Source: Nanobdellota archaeon
GTDB lineage: Archaea; Nanobdellota; Nanobdellia; Pacearchaeales; GW2011-AR1
Length of the DNA: 64,000 nucleotides
Assembly (NCBI GenBank): GCA_022561055.1
Contig: JADFRY010000001.1
Location: 121,262 to 185,261 of the forward strand
Direction: 5' to 3'
Shown here: one piece after another, positions 9,093-18,200 of the stretch
How the letters are laid out: every line of letters begins with the position of its first letter
Position numbering within the stretch: position 1 is the stretch's first letter
The notes under the pieces: generated by a model
What the model saw: the letters and a program-made list of their open reading frames with translations, nothing else
What the model was told of the DNA's origin: nothing
Databases searched by the model: none
Translations under genes and position numbers: made by a program

Positions 9093-9965
9093 TTAATAAT
9101 TGATTTTCTCAAACTTAATCAGATTTTTCCATTGTTGCAGGTATTCTTGGGCTTTTTTGTCTAGTTCTCCTGTAGAGATAAAAAGAGCTGGCATTTTTTC
9201 TGTTTGTGCTTTTTGTAGCGCTATGGTTAAGTCGTTTGAGTTTATTTTCTTTTTTTCTTTTGCCATTAAATAATATTCTTGTTTTCCAAATTTATCATCT
9301 GTGCGGATTTTTGACACGAATTCTTTCTTTTTGGCAGATATTTCTTCTAAAATTTCAATATCTTTGGCTGACAGGTGTTCTTTTATGAGATTTGGGAATT
9401 CAAATATTTGTTTTGGCTTTTTCTGTTTTGCTATAATGGGTTTTTTAATGGTTTGTTCTATTTTCAATGGTTTTATAATTTCTTTTTTTAAGCGAGGGAT
9501 TTTGCCTTGGATAATCTGTTGAATTTTTATTTTAATTTGTTCGTTTGGAAGCATAAAAAATCTCCAGAATAGTCTTGATTCTCCATTAACTCTTACTGTG
9601 ATAGGTAGCGCAAAGTCTTTTATTTTTCTTAAAGCGACTCTTATTGCCGGCTGTTGTTTTTCATCCTCAAGGATTTGTGATTCTTTTAAGAGAATAAAAG
9701 CCTCTTTTTCTTTTGAATTTAAGTAATCAACAAAATTTTCTAGTTTTGCCTCTTGTCCTATGATGAAATAAAGAGGAGAACTCCCGACTTTCATGTTGCT
9801 TAGTTTTAATTTTCTTTCTGAAACTAATTCTGATAAGAATGCAGAGACAAACAATGGGCTTATTCCTGTTTCTCTAGAAATTCTGGCTGGAAAACTTGGC
9901 CCTGCTGTTTTTATTGTTGAAATTATTTTCTCTTTATTTTCATATAATTTTTGTAAGTCTGGCAT
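9093..9965 (-). CDS. hypothetical protein with N-terminal winged helix
   Basis: GPSFPARISRETGISPLFVSAFLSELV...KVGSSPLY wHTH-like N-terminus. Confidence 0.7.
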   Translation of the reverse strand: MPDLQKLYENKEKIISTIKTAGPSFPARISRETGISPLFVSAFLSELVSERKLKLSNMKVGSSPLYFIIGQEAKLENFVDYLNSKEKEAFILLKESQILEDEKQQPAIRVALRKIKDFALPITVRVNGESRLFWRFFMLPNEQIKIKIQQIIQGKIPRLKKEIIKPLKIEQTIKKPIIAKQKKPKQIFEFPNLIKEHLSAKDIEILEEISAKKKEFVSKIRTDDKFGKQEYYLMAKEKKKINSNDLTIALQKAQTEKMPALFISTGELDKKAQEYLQQWKNLIKFEKINY

Positions 9966-10084
9966 AAGGAAATTATAGCGGCGAAGATTATAAATATTGT
10001 TGTGCGGTTGGGATTTTATAGAATAATATCAAAGTCTTTGAGTTTTTGTTCTAGTGAGTGTGGATGTAAATTAATTGACAGAGA

Positions 10085-10597
10085 TTAGGGTTTTAACCAA
10101 GAAACTTCGTAATATGAAACGTCATCTTCATCGTCTAGTACCCCGATTAACAAGTTTTTTCTTGCCGAATGCGCCACTCTGTTTTTTGCTGCAAAATCAT
10201 ACCAGCTGTGGCTTTCTGATTCTTTTACAGGATAAAGCAGCCAGAGTGCGTGGTCTTGCCCTGGTTTGACTCCTTTTTTATAAACTCTGAAATCTGCACC
10301 GAATTTTAAGGCGGTTTTTATGATATAGCCTCGCTTTCTTAAATCAGTAAAAACAGGAAGTTTGATTTCTATTCTTTTATCGAGCCTCTTTGCTTTTTTT
10401 ATGAGAGAATCTGAATCTAATTGTTTTTTCCCTGAGAAAATCTGCATTTTTCCTTGGAGATCCAGGAATAGGGCTTCGACTATGGAATATTCAATTTTAT
10501 TTTGCTTTTTTTCTCCGAATCTTGATTTCTCATAAAGTGAGAATGCAACGTTAGAGCTTGAGTAAATTTTGTTTCCGGAAAATTGGGCAGTTATCAT
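10085..10597 (-). CDS. endA: tRNA-splicing endonuclease (single-unit catalytic subunit)
   Basis: LKFGADFRVY...DHA...RVAHSARK carrying the Tyr/His/Lys triad. Confidence 0.95.
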   Translation of the reverse strand: MITAQFSGNKIYSSSNVAFSLYEKSRFGEKKQNKIEYSIVEALFLDLQGKMQIFSGKKQLDSDSLIKKAKRLDKRIEIKLPVFTDLRKRGYIIKTALKFGADFRVYKKGVKPGQDHALWLLYPVKESESHSWYDFAAKNRVAHSARKNLLIGVLDDEDDVSYYEVSWLKP

Positions 10598-10686
10598 GCT
10601 AAAAATAAGGAGAAAGTGTTTTTAAGCGTGTTGATTAATCCACCTGTCCTAAATTATGAGCCATTAAGAAATAAGAGTTGATATTT

Positions 10687-10718
10687 ATGTCACATGTTAA
10701 ATATAACATATGTGATAT
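10687..10718. promoter_or_regulatory. candidate ArsR operator
   Basis: imperfect palindrome TCACATGTTA-AATA-TAACATATGTGA upstream of the TATA-like TTTATAAA. Confidence 0.5.
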
Positions 10719-10759
10719 TTTACCATAATATTTATAAATAGCATTATGTAATAAAATAT

Positions 10760-11071
10760 ATGATAAAGTCAAAATCTCTTCAAAATGCATATGACAGATT
10801 TCTTACAACTTTATCAAATAAAGTAAGATTAACAATAATTTATTCCTTAAAAGATAATCCAAAGAATGTAACTCGACTCACTAATGAACTGAAAATTCAT
10901 CAGACAACTGTTTCCCATTCATTAAGAAGACTATTAGATTGTGGATTTGTGTTTGTAGAGCAAAATGGTAAAGAAAGAATATACTCTGTAAATAAAAAAA
11001 CAATTAAGCCGTTGTTAAAATTAATGGAAGAGCATGTTAATAATTATTGTGCAAAGGGGGTGTGTAAATAA
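10760..11071 (+). CDS. ArsR/SmtB-family metalloregulator
   Basis: LSNKVRLTII...QTTVSHSLRRL...GKERIY; C-terminal CAKGVCK. Confidence 0.9.
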   Translation: MIKSKSLQNAYDRFLTTLSNKVRLTIIYSLKDNPKNVTRLTNELKIHQTTVSHSLRRLLDCGFVFVEQNGKERIYSVNKKTIKPLLKLMEEHVNNYCAKGVCK

Positions 11072-11072
11072 A

Positions 11073-11234
11073 ATGGTAAAACAAGAAACAAAAAACGACA
11101 AGACATATTTCATGTGTGAAGAATGTAACATGTATTACAAAACTAAGGATTTGGCTGAGAAGTGTGAAAGTCATTGCAGAGATAAACATGCATGTGACAC
11201 TGAAATAACAAAATATGCTGTTCAGCTTGATTGA
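11073..11234 (+). CDS. small Cys-rich (zinc-finger-like) protein
   Basis: CEEC...KCESHC...HAC; ATG 11073 right after the ArsR stop. Confidence 0.75.
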   Translation: MVKQETKNDKTYFMCEECNMYYKTKDLAEKCESHCRDKHACDTEITKYAVQLD

Positions 11235-11236
11235 AA

Positions 11237-12094
11237 ATGAGCAATAATTATCTGAGATTAATTGGGATTATTATAATTTTGATAGCTATAATTGCAGCCG
11301 GCTATTTCACTTTTATATATTTTGTAAAAAATATAGTTCCAAGTTTCAGTAGTTATGGTTTGATTATCATTGCTATGATTGCCGGAGTTTCTATGTTTTT
11401 TAATCCTTGTTCATTTACATTATTACCAGCTTTCTTAACTTTTTTTGCTACAAAAAGCGAATTAAAGGGCGAGAATAAATTAGGTAAATTTTTATTATAT
11501 GGTCTTTTTGCTTCTTTAGGTATCATAACGTTTAGCATTATTCTTGGCAGTTTAATAGGACTATTAGGGGTAGGATTTGGTAAATCATTTGCTTTAACAG
11601 GAGATGCTCCCAATTTATCTGTCAGAATTTTTAGAGGTGTCATAGGAGGGTTATTAGCTATTTTTGGTTTAATGCATTTTAGAGGTGTGAGTTTTAAGAC
11701 AGGGGCCCTAAATAAGTTAAGCCAAGGGATCATGTCACCGGGTAATAAGGGTCCTTTAATGGGCATGTATTTATATGGCTTTGGATATAATGCACTAGGA
11801 ATTGGCTGTGGCGGACCTATAATGGCAGGTCTCTTAGTTTTTTCTTTAAGTTTAGGTGGTTTTAGCTCAGCATTGCTCGCCTTTATTATATTCTCCTTAA
11901 CAATGGTTGTATTAATGTTATTGATATCTATTTTAGTTGGTCTTTCTAAAGACACCTTAATTAATAAGATGAAAACTTCGTCTGGAAAAATTAAAAAGTT
12001 TACAGGAATAATAATGCTGCTAGTTGGTTTGTTTTTATTACTTTCAGCTATCTTTACAAAGATATTTGTAGGCATATTATTTCCAGGAGGATAA
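11237..12094 (+). CDS. CcdA/DsbD-TM-family membrane electron transporter 1
   Basis: multi-TM, FNPCSF and GIGCGGP Cys motifs. Confidence 0.85.
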   Translation: MSNNYLRLIGIIIILIAIIAAGYFTFIYFVKNIVPSFSSYGLIIIAMIAGVSMFFNPCSFTLLPAFLTFFATKSELKGENKLGKFLLYGLFASLGIITFSIILGSLIGLLGVGFGKSFALTGDAPNLSVRIFRGVIGGLLAIFGLMHFRGVSFKTGALNKLSQGIMSPGNKGPLMGMYLYGFGYNALGIGCGGPIMAGLLVFSLSLGGFSSALLAFIIFSLTMVVLMLLISILVGLSKDTLINKMKTSSGKIKKFTGIIMLLVGLFLLLSAIFTKIFVGILFPGG

Positions 12095-12110
12095 AAATAA
12101 GAAAGGAACA

Positions 12111-12308
12111 ATGAAAAAAATACTGAAAATACAAGGCATGCATTGTAGTGGATGTGCAACAGGCTTGGAGATTTTATTAAATACAAAAGGCATAAAAGCC
12201 AAAGTGGACTTTGATTCAAAAAAGGCAGAAGTTGAATTCAACCCAGATAAAATAAGCCTTGAAAAAATTAAAAAAGAAATAGAAAATGTTGGTTACAAAG
12301 TAAAATAA
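12111..12308 (+). CDS. CopZ/MerP-like HMA metallochaperone
   Basis: GMHCSGC...IENVGY. Confidence 0.9.
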   Translation: MKKILKIQGMHCSGCATGLEILLNTKGIKAKVDFDSKKAEVEFNPDKISLEKIKKEIENVGYKVK

Positions 12309-12310
12309 AC

Positions 12311-13141
12311 ATGAGAATTAAAAAAGGCTATTTGGTATTAGGCTTATTATTATTGGGTATAATTATAGTAGCCATTATTGGACTTTATATTTGGAATAAT
12401 CAAATTTTATCAAACATTGGAAAAATAAGCCAGTTTTCATTCTTTTTAATTTTGGGATTTGCTTTTATCGCAGGCGTAATATCTTTTTTCTCACCTTGTG
12501 GTTTAGCCCTATTACCAGCTTTTCTTAGTTATAATATGGCAATGGTAGACAGCAAACAAAATCCACGTGAAACAAAGAAAAGAATTCTAAAAATAGGTAT
12601 TTTCTCAGCTTTAGGAATTGTTACATTTTATATTATTCTAGGAGTAATATTTTCATTATTCGGAGTAGTAATCGGCCAGTATATAAAATATTTTCAGTAT
12701 GCTATTGCAATACTTTTCGTAGTGTTTGGAATTATGCTTGTAAGAAATTTTGCTCTTTCAAATAAACTGTTTGATAAATTACGAGAGAAAGTTCATTCTA
12801 AGGCGGTAAGTAGTTCTGGTTATAAAGGATTTTATATTTTCGGATTTGCTTATGGTCTTGATATCATTGGATGTCTTTTTCCCCTAATCGCAGCTTTGGT
12901 GTTAATTCCTATAGCAACAGGAAATTTCGTGGTTGGAATTTCAGCATTCTTGTCTTTCTCTTTAGCATTAGCTATTACATTGAGCGTATTTGCTTATTTG
13001 ATAATTTATTCAAAAAAATCATTAGTTTCAGATATCTTAAAATCAACTAGAAAATTAAAAATGTGGATGGGAATAGGTTTAATAATTGGTGGAGTAGCCT
13101 TACTATTTTATTATACCTTTTGGGGGATGGTAATAGGATAA
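12311..13141 (+). CDS. CcdA-family membrane protein 2
   Basis: FSPCGLALLP and IIGCLFP motifs. Confidence 0.85.
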   Translation: MRIKKGYLVLGLLLLGIIIVAIIGLYIWNNQILSNIGKISQFSFFLILGFAFIAGVISFFSPCGLALLPAFLSYNMAMVDSKQNPRETKKRILKIGIFSALGIVTFYIILGVIFSLFGVVIGQYIKYFQYAIAILFVVFGIMLVRNFALSNKLFDKLREKVHSKAVSSSGYKGFYIFGFAYGLDIIGCLFPLIAALVLIPIATGNFVVGISAFLSFSLALAITLSVFAYLIIYSKKSLVSDILKSTRKLKMWMGIGLIIGGVALLFYYTFWGMVIG

Positions 13142-13171
13142 AATGGATAAAAAGATGAAAGGAGGTATAAA

Positions 13172-13729
13172 ATGATAAACAAAGAAGACAAAGTTGAAGA
13201 AGCTAAAGAAGGAGAATATGTGCATATTAACATGAAAGTAATTGTTGTAGGATTAATAGCTGGAGTTATCGCATCTTTATGGACAATTATCCCATTTTTT
13301 GTTGGTGGTGTAAGTAATTTATTATATGCGACAGTTTCTATTGGGTTGCTTTTCTTAATCTTTTTTGCAGGATTTAAGAAAGGAGGAATAATCAAATCAG
13401 GAGGATTAGCCATAGGGGTTTTCCTTCTAATGTCTTATCTCCTAGTCCCATTTGTGAGCGGATTTTTATTGAATAACAATACTGATATCTCACAAATAAA
13501 TACTGAAGGATTGGAAACAGTTAATTTAGCATTACCCGGTCTATTTTGTGGAGGGTGTGCATATAGTTCGGAGAATGCATTGAAAGGCATGCCAGGAGTT
13601 GTAGATGCAAGAGTTGATTTTGATTCGAAAAGTGGAGTTGTTGTCTATGATCCAAACCTTATTACTCCAGAGACAATTGTTTCGAATGGAATTATTCAAG
13701 TTTACGGAGGAAGGATTGTAAATGGTTAA
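13172..13729 (+). CDS. membrane-anchored HMA-domain protein
   Basis: 3 TM segments plus C-terminal GLFCGGC HMA domain. Confidence 0.8.
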   Translation: MINKEDKVEEAKEGEYVHINMKVIVVGLIAGVIASLWTIIPFFVGGVSNLLYATVSIGLLFLIFFAGFKKGGIIKSGGLAIGVFLLMSYLLVPFVSGFLLNNNTDISQINTEGLETVNLALPGLFCGGCAYSSENALKGMPGVVDARVDFDSKSGVVVYDPNLITPETIVSNGIIQVYGGRIVNG

Positions 13730-13776
13730 GGCATCCCCTTTTTTTGCTTTTCTTTATAAAATGCTAAACATACCAA

Positions 13777-14775
13777 ATGGCAGATAAATCAAGAATTTTG
13801 CTTGCAGTATTTGGTTTTATTTTATTGGTAATTATTATTGTAGGTCTGTTTTTTCTCGCGTTAAGTGCTGCTGGAACAACAAGTTTGCTTCTTTCCTATG
13901 CCGCTGGCTTATCAATGATTTTCTTGCCTTGCACGCTTCCTTTGGTGTTTATTATTGTACCTCTGACTATGGGTCATAAACCAATAAAAGGGTTGATGAT
14001 GGCACTTCTTTTTGGTCTTGGTATTTCAATCACTTTAGCGATCTATGGAATATTAACAGCCAGTATTGGCTCATTTTTAGGTGTCGATAAAACAACACGT
14101 ATTATGTTTAGTATTGCAGGACTTGCAGCCCTTACTTTTGGCATTTCAGAGCTAAAACTCATAAAATTTACTATGCCTGGTTTTTCTGGCGCAGTGCCTC
14201 AATGGATTCAGAAGAGGAAAGATTACTCTAAGATTTTTTTTATGGGCTTATTTTTAGGTAATGCTGGCGTAGGATGTCCTAATCCAGCTTTCTATGTTTT
14301 ACTTACTTATATTGCCTCTGTTGGCAGTTTTGTTACAGGTGGATGGCTTGCCTTTATTCATGGTGTGGGAAGAGCAACTCCGCTTATTTTTCTTGCAATT
14401 TTAGGAATTATTGGTATTAATTCAATGAAATGGGTAGCCACTAAGAGAACATCAATTGATAAAATAATGGGTTGGGGTTTAATTCTAGTCGGAGCATTTA
14501 TCTTTGCATTTGGCTTTTTTGGCATGGCATGGTGGGAAAGTGGCCCTATCCATCAAACATGGAATAGCGCTATAGAAAATATTGCGCCAAATCTAGCAGA
14601 GCTAGAAGGCCACGATTTATTAGTTCCAGCAGGTTTTGTTTCAGGCCCATTATGGTCGGGCTGGGTATTAGTGGCTACGATAATATTTTTTATTTTTATT
14701 TGGTATAGACTAAAAGGAAAACAAGTAACTAAAAAAGAAGAGGTAAACAATATAAACCGGGACTCACATATATAA
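13777..14775 (+). CDS. CcdA-family membrane protein 3
   Basis: FLPCTLP and GVGCPNP motifs. Confidence 0.85.
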   Translation: MADKSRILLAVFGFILLVIIIVGLFFLALSAAGTTSLLLSYAAGLSMIFLPCTLPLVFIIVPLTMGHKPIKGLMMALLFGLGISITLAIYGILTASIGSFLGVDKTTRIMFSIAGLAALTFGISELKLIKFTMPGFSGAVPQWIQKRKDYSKIFFMGLFLGNAGVGCPNPAFYVLLTYIASVGSFVTGGWLAFIHGVGRATPLIFLAILGIIGINSMKWVATKRTSIDKIMGWGLILVGAFIFAFGFFGMAWWESGPIHQTWNSAIENIAPNLAELEGHDLLVPAGFVSGPLWSGWVLVATIIFFIFIWYRLKGKQVTKKEEVNNINRDSHI

Positions 14776-14782
14776 TTATAAA

Positions 14783-15031
14783 ATGATTAAAAAAGTTCAA
14801 ATTTTAAAAACGCCCGGCTGTACGTCTTGTGCAAAAGCAATGGTGCTTGTCAAGAAAATAAAAAAAGAAGAAAAACTCAGTTTTAAAATACAAGAATTAG
14901 ATATTTCAAAGCATCCAGACTTATTACAAAAATATCAAATAATGGTTTCTCCAGGCATTGTCATAGATGGCAAATTAGAGTTTGTAGGAATGCCTAACGA
15001 GAGGAAGCTTAGAGAGAAGTTAATTAAATGA
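14783..15031 (+). CDS. thioredoxin/glutaredoxin-like protein
   Basis: TPGCTSC...VSPGIVIDGKLEFVG. Confidence 0.9.
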   Translation: MIKKVQILKTPGCTSCAKAMVLVKKIKKEEKLSFKIQELDISKHPDLLQKYQIMVSPGIVIDGKLEFVGMPNERKLREKLIK

Positions 15032-15074
15032 AAAAACCAAATAAAAAAGAGGATAGGTTGCTGGAACTCCTAGA

Positions 15075-15134
15075 ATGTCAAGAATGCTGGAAAGTTGCAT
15101 TCTTGAGCACATCCAAGAATCAAGGATTCTTGGT
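15075..15134. repeat. double-hairpin interspersed element, copy A
   Basis: TCAAGAATGC/GCATTCTTGA (15078-15106) and CCAAGAATC/GATTCTTGG (15113-15133). Confidence 0.7.
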
Positions 15135-15155
15135 GACCCGCTGGAGGTTTGTAGA

Positions 15156-15626
15156 ATGAAACCAAAACCAACTAAAGAGTCCATAACAATAATGTCTCAT
15201 CTTATGATGCCTGCAGACGCAAATACAGTTGGTTTTGTTCATGGAGGAGTCATATTAAAATTAGTCGATATAATTTCTTATATTTGTGCTTCCAAGCATT
15301 CTGGCAAATATTGCGTGACAGCTTCTATTGATAGAGTTAATTTTTTACAGCCTATAAGAATTGGTGAGTTGGTCATATTATATGCTTCTGTAAATTATGT
15401 TGGAAACACTTCTATGGAAGTTGGAGTGAGAGTTGAGGCAGAAAATCTTAGAAGTGGTAAGAGAAGACATACAAACAGTTGTTATGTAACTATGGTTTCT
15501 GTGAGTAATAAAGGAAAACCCATTAAAGCACCGAAAGTCATTCCTCAGACAAAAGAGGAGAAATTAAGATACGAAGAAGCTGAAAAGCGAAGAAAAGAGA
15601 GACTGATGAAAAAAGCGAAAATTTAA
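15156..15626 (+). CDS. acyl-CoA thioesterase (hot-dog fold, YciA-like)
   Basis: DANTVGFVHGGVILKLVD...VTAS...GNTSMEV; start moved to ATG 15156 behind GGAGG. Confidence 0.9.
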   Translation: MKPKPTKESITIMSHLMMPADANTVGFVHGGVILKLVDIISYICASKHSGKYCVTASIDRVNFLQPIRIGELVILYASVNYVGNTSMEVGVRVEAENLRSGKRRHTNSCYVTMVSVSNKGKPIKAPKVIPQTKEEKLRYEEAEKRRKERLMKKAKI

Positions 15627-15650
15627 ATTCCCCTTTCTTTTGATGTTGAT

Positions 15651-18134
15651 ATGAAGCAAATTAATTTTTCTCGTATTGAGAGAAAATGGCAGAAGCAGTG
15701 GGAGAGCAGAGGTATTTTTAAGGCTCGAGAAGGCAGGAGGAGGAAATATTATATTGTTGAAATGTATCCTTATCCTTCTGGTTTTGGGCTTCATATGGGC
15801 CATGCTTTTAATTACACTATCGGGGATGTTCAAGCTCGCTTGAGAAGAATGCAAGGATTTAATGTTCTTTATCCTATGGGTTATGATTCTTTTGGCTTGC
15901 CTGCAGAGAATGCCGCTATTAAGGCGAAATCACATCCTAAGAGATTTACTGAACAAGCTATTAAGAATTACATAAAACAGCAAAAAGAATTAGGATTGAG
16001 TTATGATTGGTCTCGGTTGATAGTGAGTCATGACCCTGAATTTTATAAGTGGGACCAATGGATTTTTTTGAAGATGTTTGAAAAAGGACTTGCTTATAAA
16101 AAGAAAGCGCCGGTAAATTTTTGTAAGAAGTGCAATACTGTTTTAGCAAATGAGCAGGTTGTTAATGGAAAGTGCTGGATACATGAAGATAGTGATGTCG
16201 AAGTCAAGTTGTTAGAACAATGGTTTTTGAGGATTACTGACTATGCTGATGAATTGTATGAGGGAATTGATAAGCTTGATGGGTGGCCTGATTTAATTAA
16301 GACTTTACAGAAGAATTGGATTAATAAAAGTCATGGGACAGAGATTGATTTTTTTGTTGGTGACAAGATATGGAAAGTTTTTACAACCAGGGCTGATACA
16401 TTATTTGGTGTTACTTTTCTTGTCGTGAGTGCGCAACATCCTGATTTGATGGCTTTGGTGAGTGATAAGCAGAAAAAAGAAGTTGATAAATTCTTGAGAA
16501 AAGTAAGGAGTGTTAGTGATAAGGACTTGGTTAAGCTGGATAAGGAAGGAGTTTTTACAGGATCATATGCTTTACATCCTTTGACTGAGAAAAGAATTCC
16601 TGTTTGGTTGGGCAATTTTATTGTTGCAGATTATGGTAGTGGAATGGTGATGGCAGTGCCAGCTCATGATCAGAGAGATTTTGAATTTGCTAAGAAATAT
16701 GGGTTGGAGATTAGGGAAGTTGTGAGGCCGAAAGGAGGAAAGAAATTTAACCCAAAGAGTGCGAAGGAAGCTTATACTGGTTTTGGTATTTTGGGGAACT
16801 CTGGAGGATTTGGAGGGTTGAAAAGTCAGGAAGCTATACAGCATATTACGAATGCTTTGGAAATGAAACATAAGGGTCGTAAAGCAGTTGGCTATAGATT
16901 AAAAGATTGGTTGATTTCACGACAGCGATTTTGGGGGACTCCAATTCCAATTATTTATTGTAATGCTTGTGGAATTGTTCTAGTGTTGGAGAAGGATTTA
17001 CCTGTTAAATTACCAGAGAATATTAAATTTAGTAGTAAGGGAAATCCTTTAGTTGGGCATGATAAGTTTATGAGAGCAAAGTGTCCTAAATGTGGTAAAA
17101 TTGGAAGAAGGGAGAGTGATACGATGGATACGTTTGTTAATTCTTCTTGGTATTTTTTGAGATATTGCGACCCTAAAAATAAAAAGAAAATATTTGACTC
17201 GAAAAAAGCAAATTATTGGATGCCTATTGATAATTATATTGGCGGAAAAGAACATGCTTGTTTACATTTGATTTATTTTAGATTTTATACTAAGTTTTTG
17301 AGAGATATTGGGTTATTGAGATTCGATGAGCCGGTGAAGAGGTTGTTTAACCAGGGAATGTTACATGCGGCGGACGGTAGGAAGATGAGCAAGTCTTATG
17401 GGAATGTTGTTTTGCCTGATGAAGCTGCTAAGAAATATGGGGTTGATGCCATGAGGATGTTCTTAATTTCTGTCGCGTCGCCAGATAAAGATTTTAACTG
17501 GAGTGATAAAGGCGCTGAAGGAAGTTTAAGATTTGTTTTGAAAGTAATGAATTTTGTTGATGATTTTAAGAATAAAAAAATTAAGAGTAAGAAGATGACA
17601 AAATTACAGGAGAGTAAGTTGCATAGGGCAATAAGAGATTATACTGACGATTTAGAGGTGTTTGGATATAATTTAGGCGTGATTAAATTGAGAGCGTTGT
17701 TTGATGTTTTGCGGGAGGGTTGTGACAAGAGAAGTTTAGAGATTTTTTTGAGATTGTTTAGCGTAATTTGTCCGCATGTTGCAGAGGAGATGTGGGAAAA
17801 ATTAGGAAACAGAGGATTTGTTAGTTTAGAGAAATGGCCAAAGTTTGATAAGAAGAAAATTGATGATAAGTTGGAGGAAATTGAAAATCAAATTAATAAA
17901 TTGATTGATGATATTAGGAATATTATTAAGATAGTTAAGGGTAGAGGCAAGAAGGTTGGTAGAGTATATCTATATGTTTTGCCGCAGGAAAAAAAGAATT
18001 ATGATAGTGAAAAATTAGTGGGAAGGTTAGGGATCGAGGTTATTATTTTTGCTGTTAATGACAAGGGTAAATATGATCCAGAGGGAAAAGCCAAGAAAGC
18101 TAAACCCGGAAGGCCTGGGATTTTTTTGGAGTAA
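15651..18134 (+). CDS. leuS: leucyl-tRNA synthetase (bacterial-type core)
   Basis: PYPSG-LHMGH, GYDSFGLPAENAA, KMSKS. Confidence 0.95.
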   Translation: MKQINFSRIERKWQKQWESRGIFKAREGRRRKYYIVEMYPYPSGFGLHMGHAFNYTIGDVQARLRRMQGFNVLYPMGYDSFGLPAENAAIKAKSHPKRFTEQAIKNYIKQQKELGLSYDWSRLIVSHDPEFYKWDQWIFLKMFEKGLAYKKKAPVNFCKKCNTVLANEQVVNGKCWIHEDSDVEVKLLEQWFLRITDYADELYEGIDKLDGWPDLIKTLQKNWINKSHGTEIDFFVGDKIWKVFTTRADTLFGVTFLVVSAQHPDLMALVSDKQKKEVDKFLRKVRSVSDKDLVKLDKEGVFTGSYALHPLTEKRIPVWLGNFIVADYGSGMVMAVPAHDQRDFEFAKKYGLEIREVVRPKGGKKFNPKSAKEAYTGFGILGNSGGFGGLKSQEAIQHITNALEMKHKGRKAVGYRLKDWLISRQRFWGTPIPIIYCNACGIVLVLEKDLPVKLPENIKFSSKGNPLVGHDKFMRAKCPKCGKIGRRESDTMDTFVNSSWYFLRYCDPKNKKKIFDSKKANYWMPIDNYIGGKEHACLHLIYFRFYTKFLRDIGLLRFDEPVKRLFNQGMLHAADGRKMSKSYGNVVLPDEAAKKYGVDAMRMFLISVASPDKDFNWSDKGAEGSLRFVLKVMNFVDDFKNKKIKSKKMTKLQESKLHRAIRDYTDDLEVFGYNLGVIKLRALFDVLREGCDKRSLEIFLRLFSVICPHVAEEMWEKLGNRGFVSLEKWPKFDKKKIDDKLEEIENQINKLIDDIRNIIKIVKGRGKKVGRVYLYVLPQEKKNYDSEKLVGRLGIEVIIFAVNDKGKYDPEGKAKKAKPGRPGIFLE

Positions 18135-18200
18135 GAAATAATCATTTTGTAGTAGTTATTTAATCCAAATCTTTAAATACCCTTGTTTTGTGGAGAAAAC

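Noticed and set aside
11353..12219. 288-aa antisense ORF, and similar shadow ORFs (19947-20576, 24892-25566, 37531-38058 and others)
   Set aside because: They lie opposite well-supported genes and carry no motifs; they are explained by codon bias
15075..15155. N-terminal extension of the thioesterase in the ORF track
   Set aside because: It is translated palindrome; the SD supports ATG 15156
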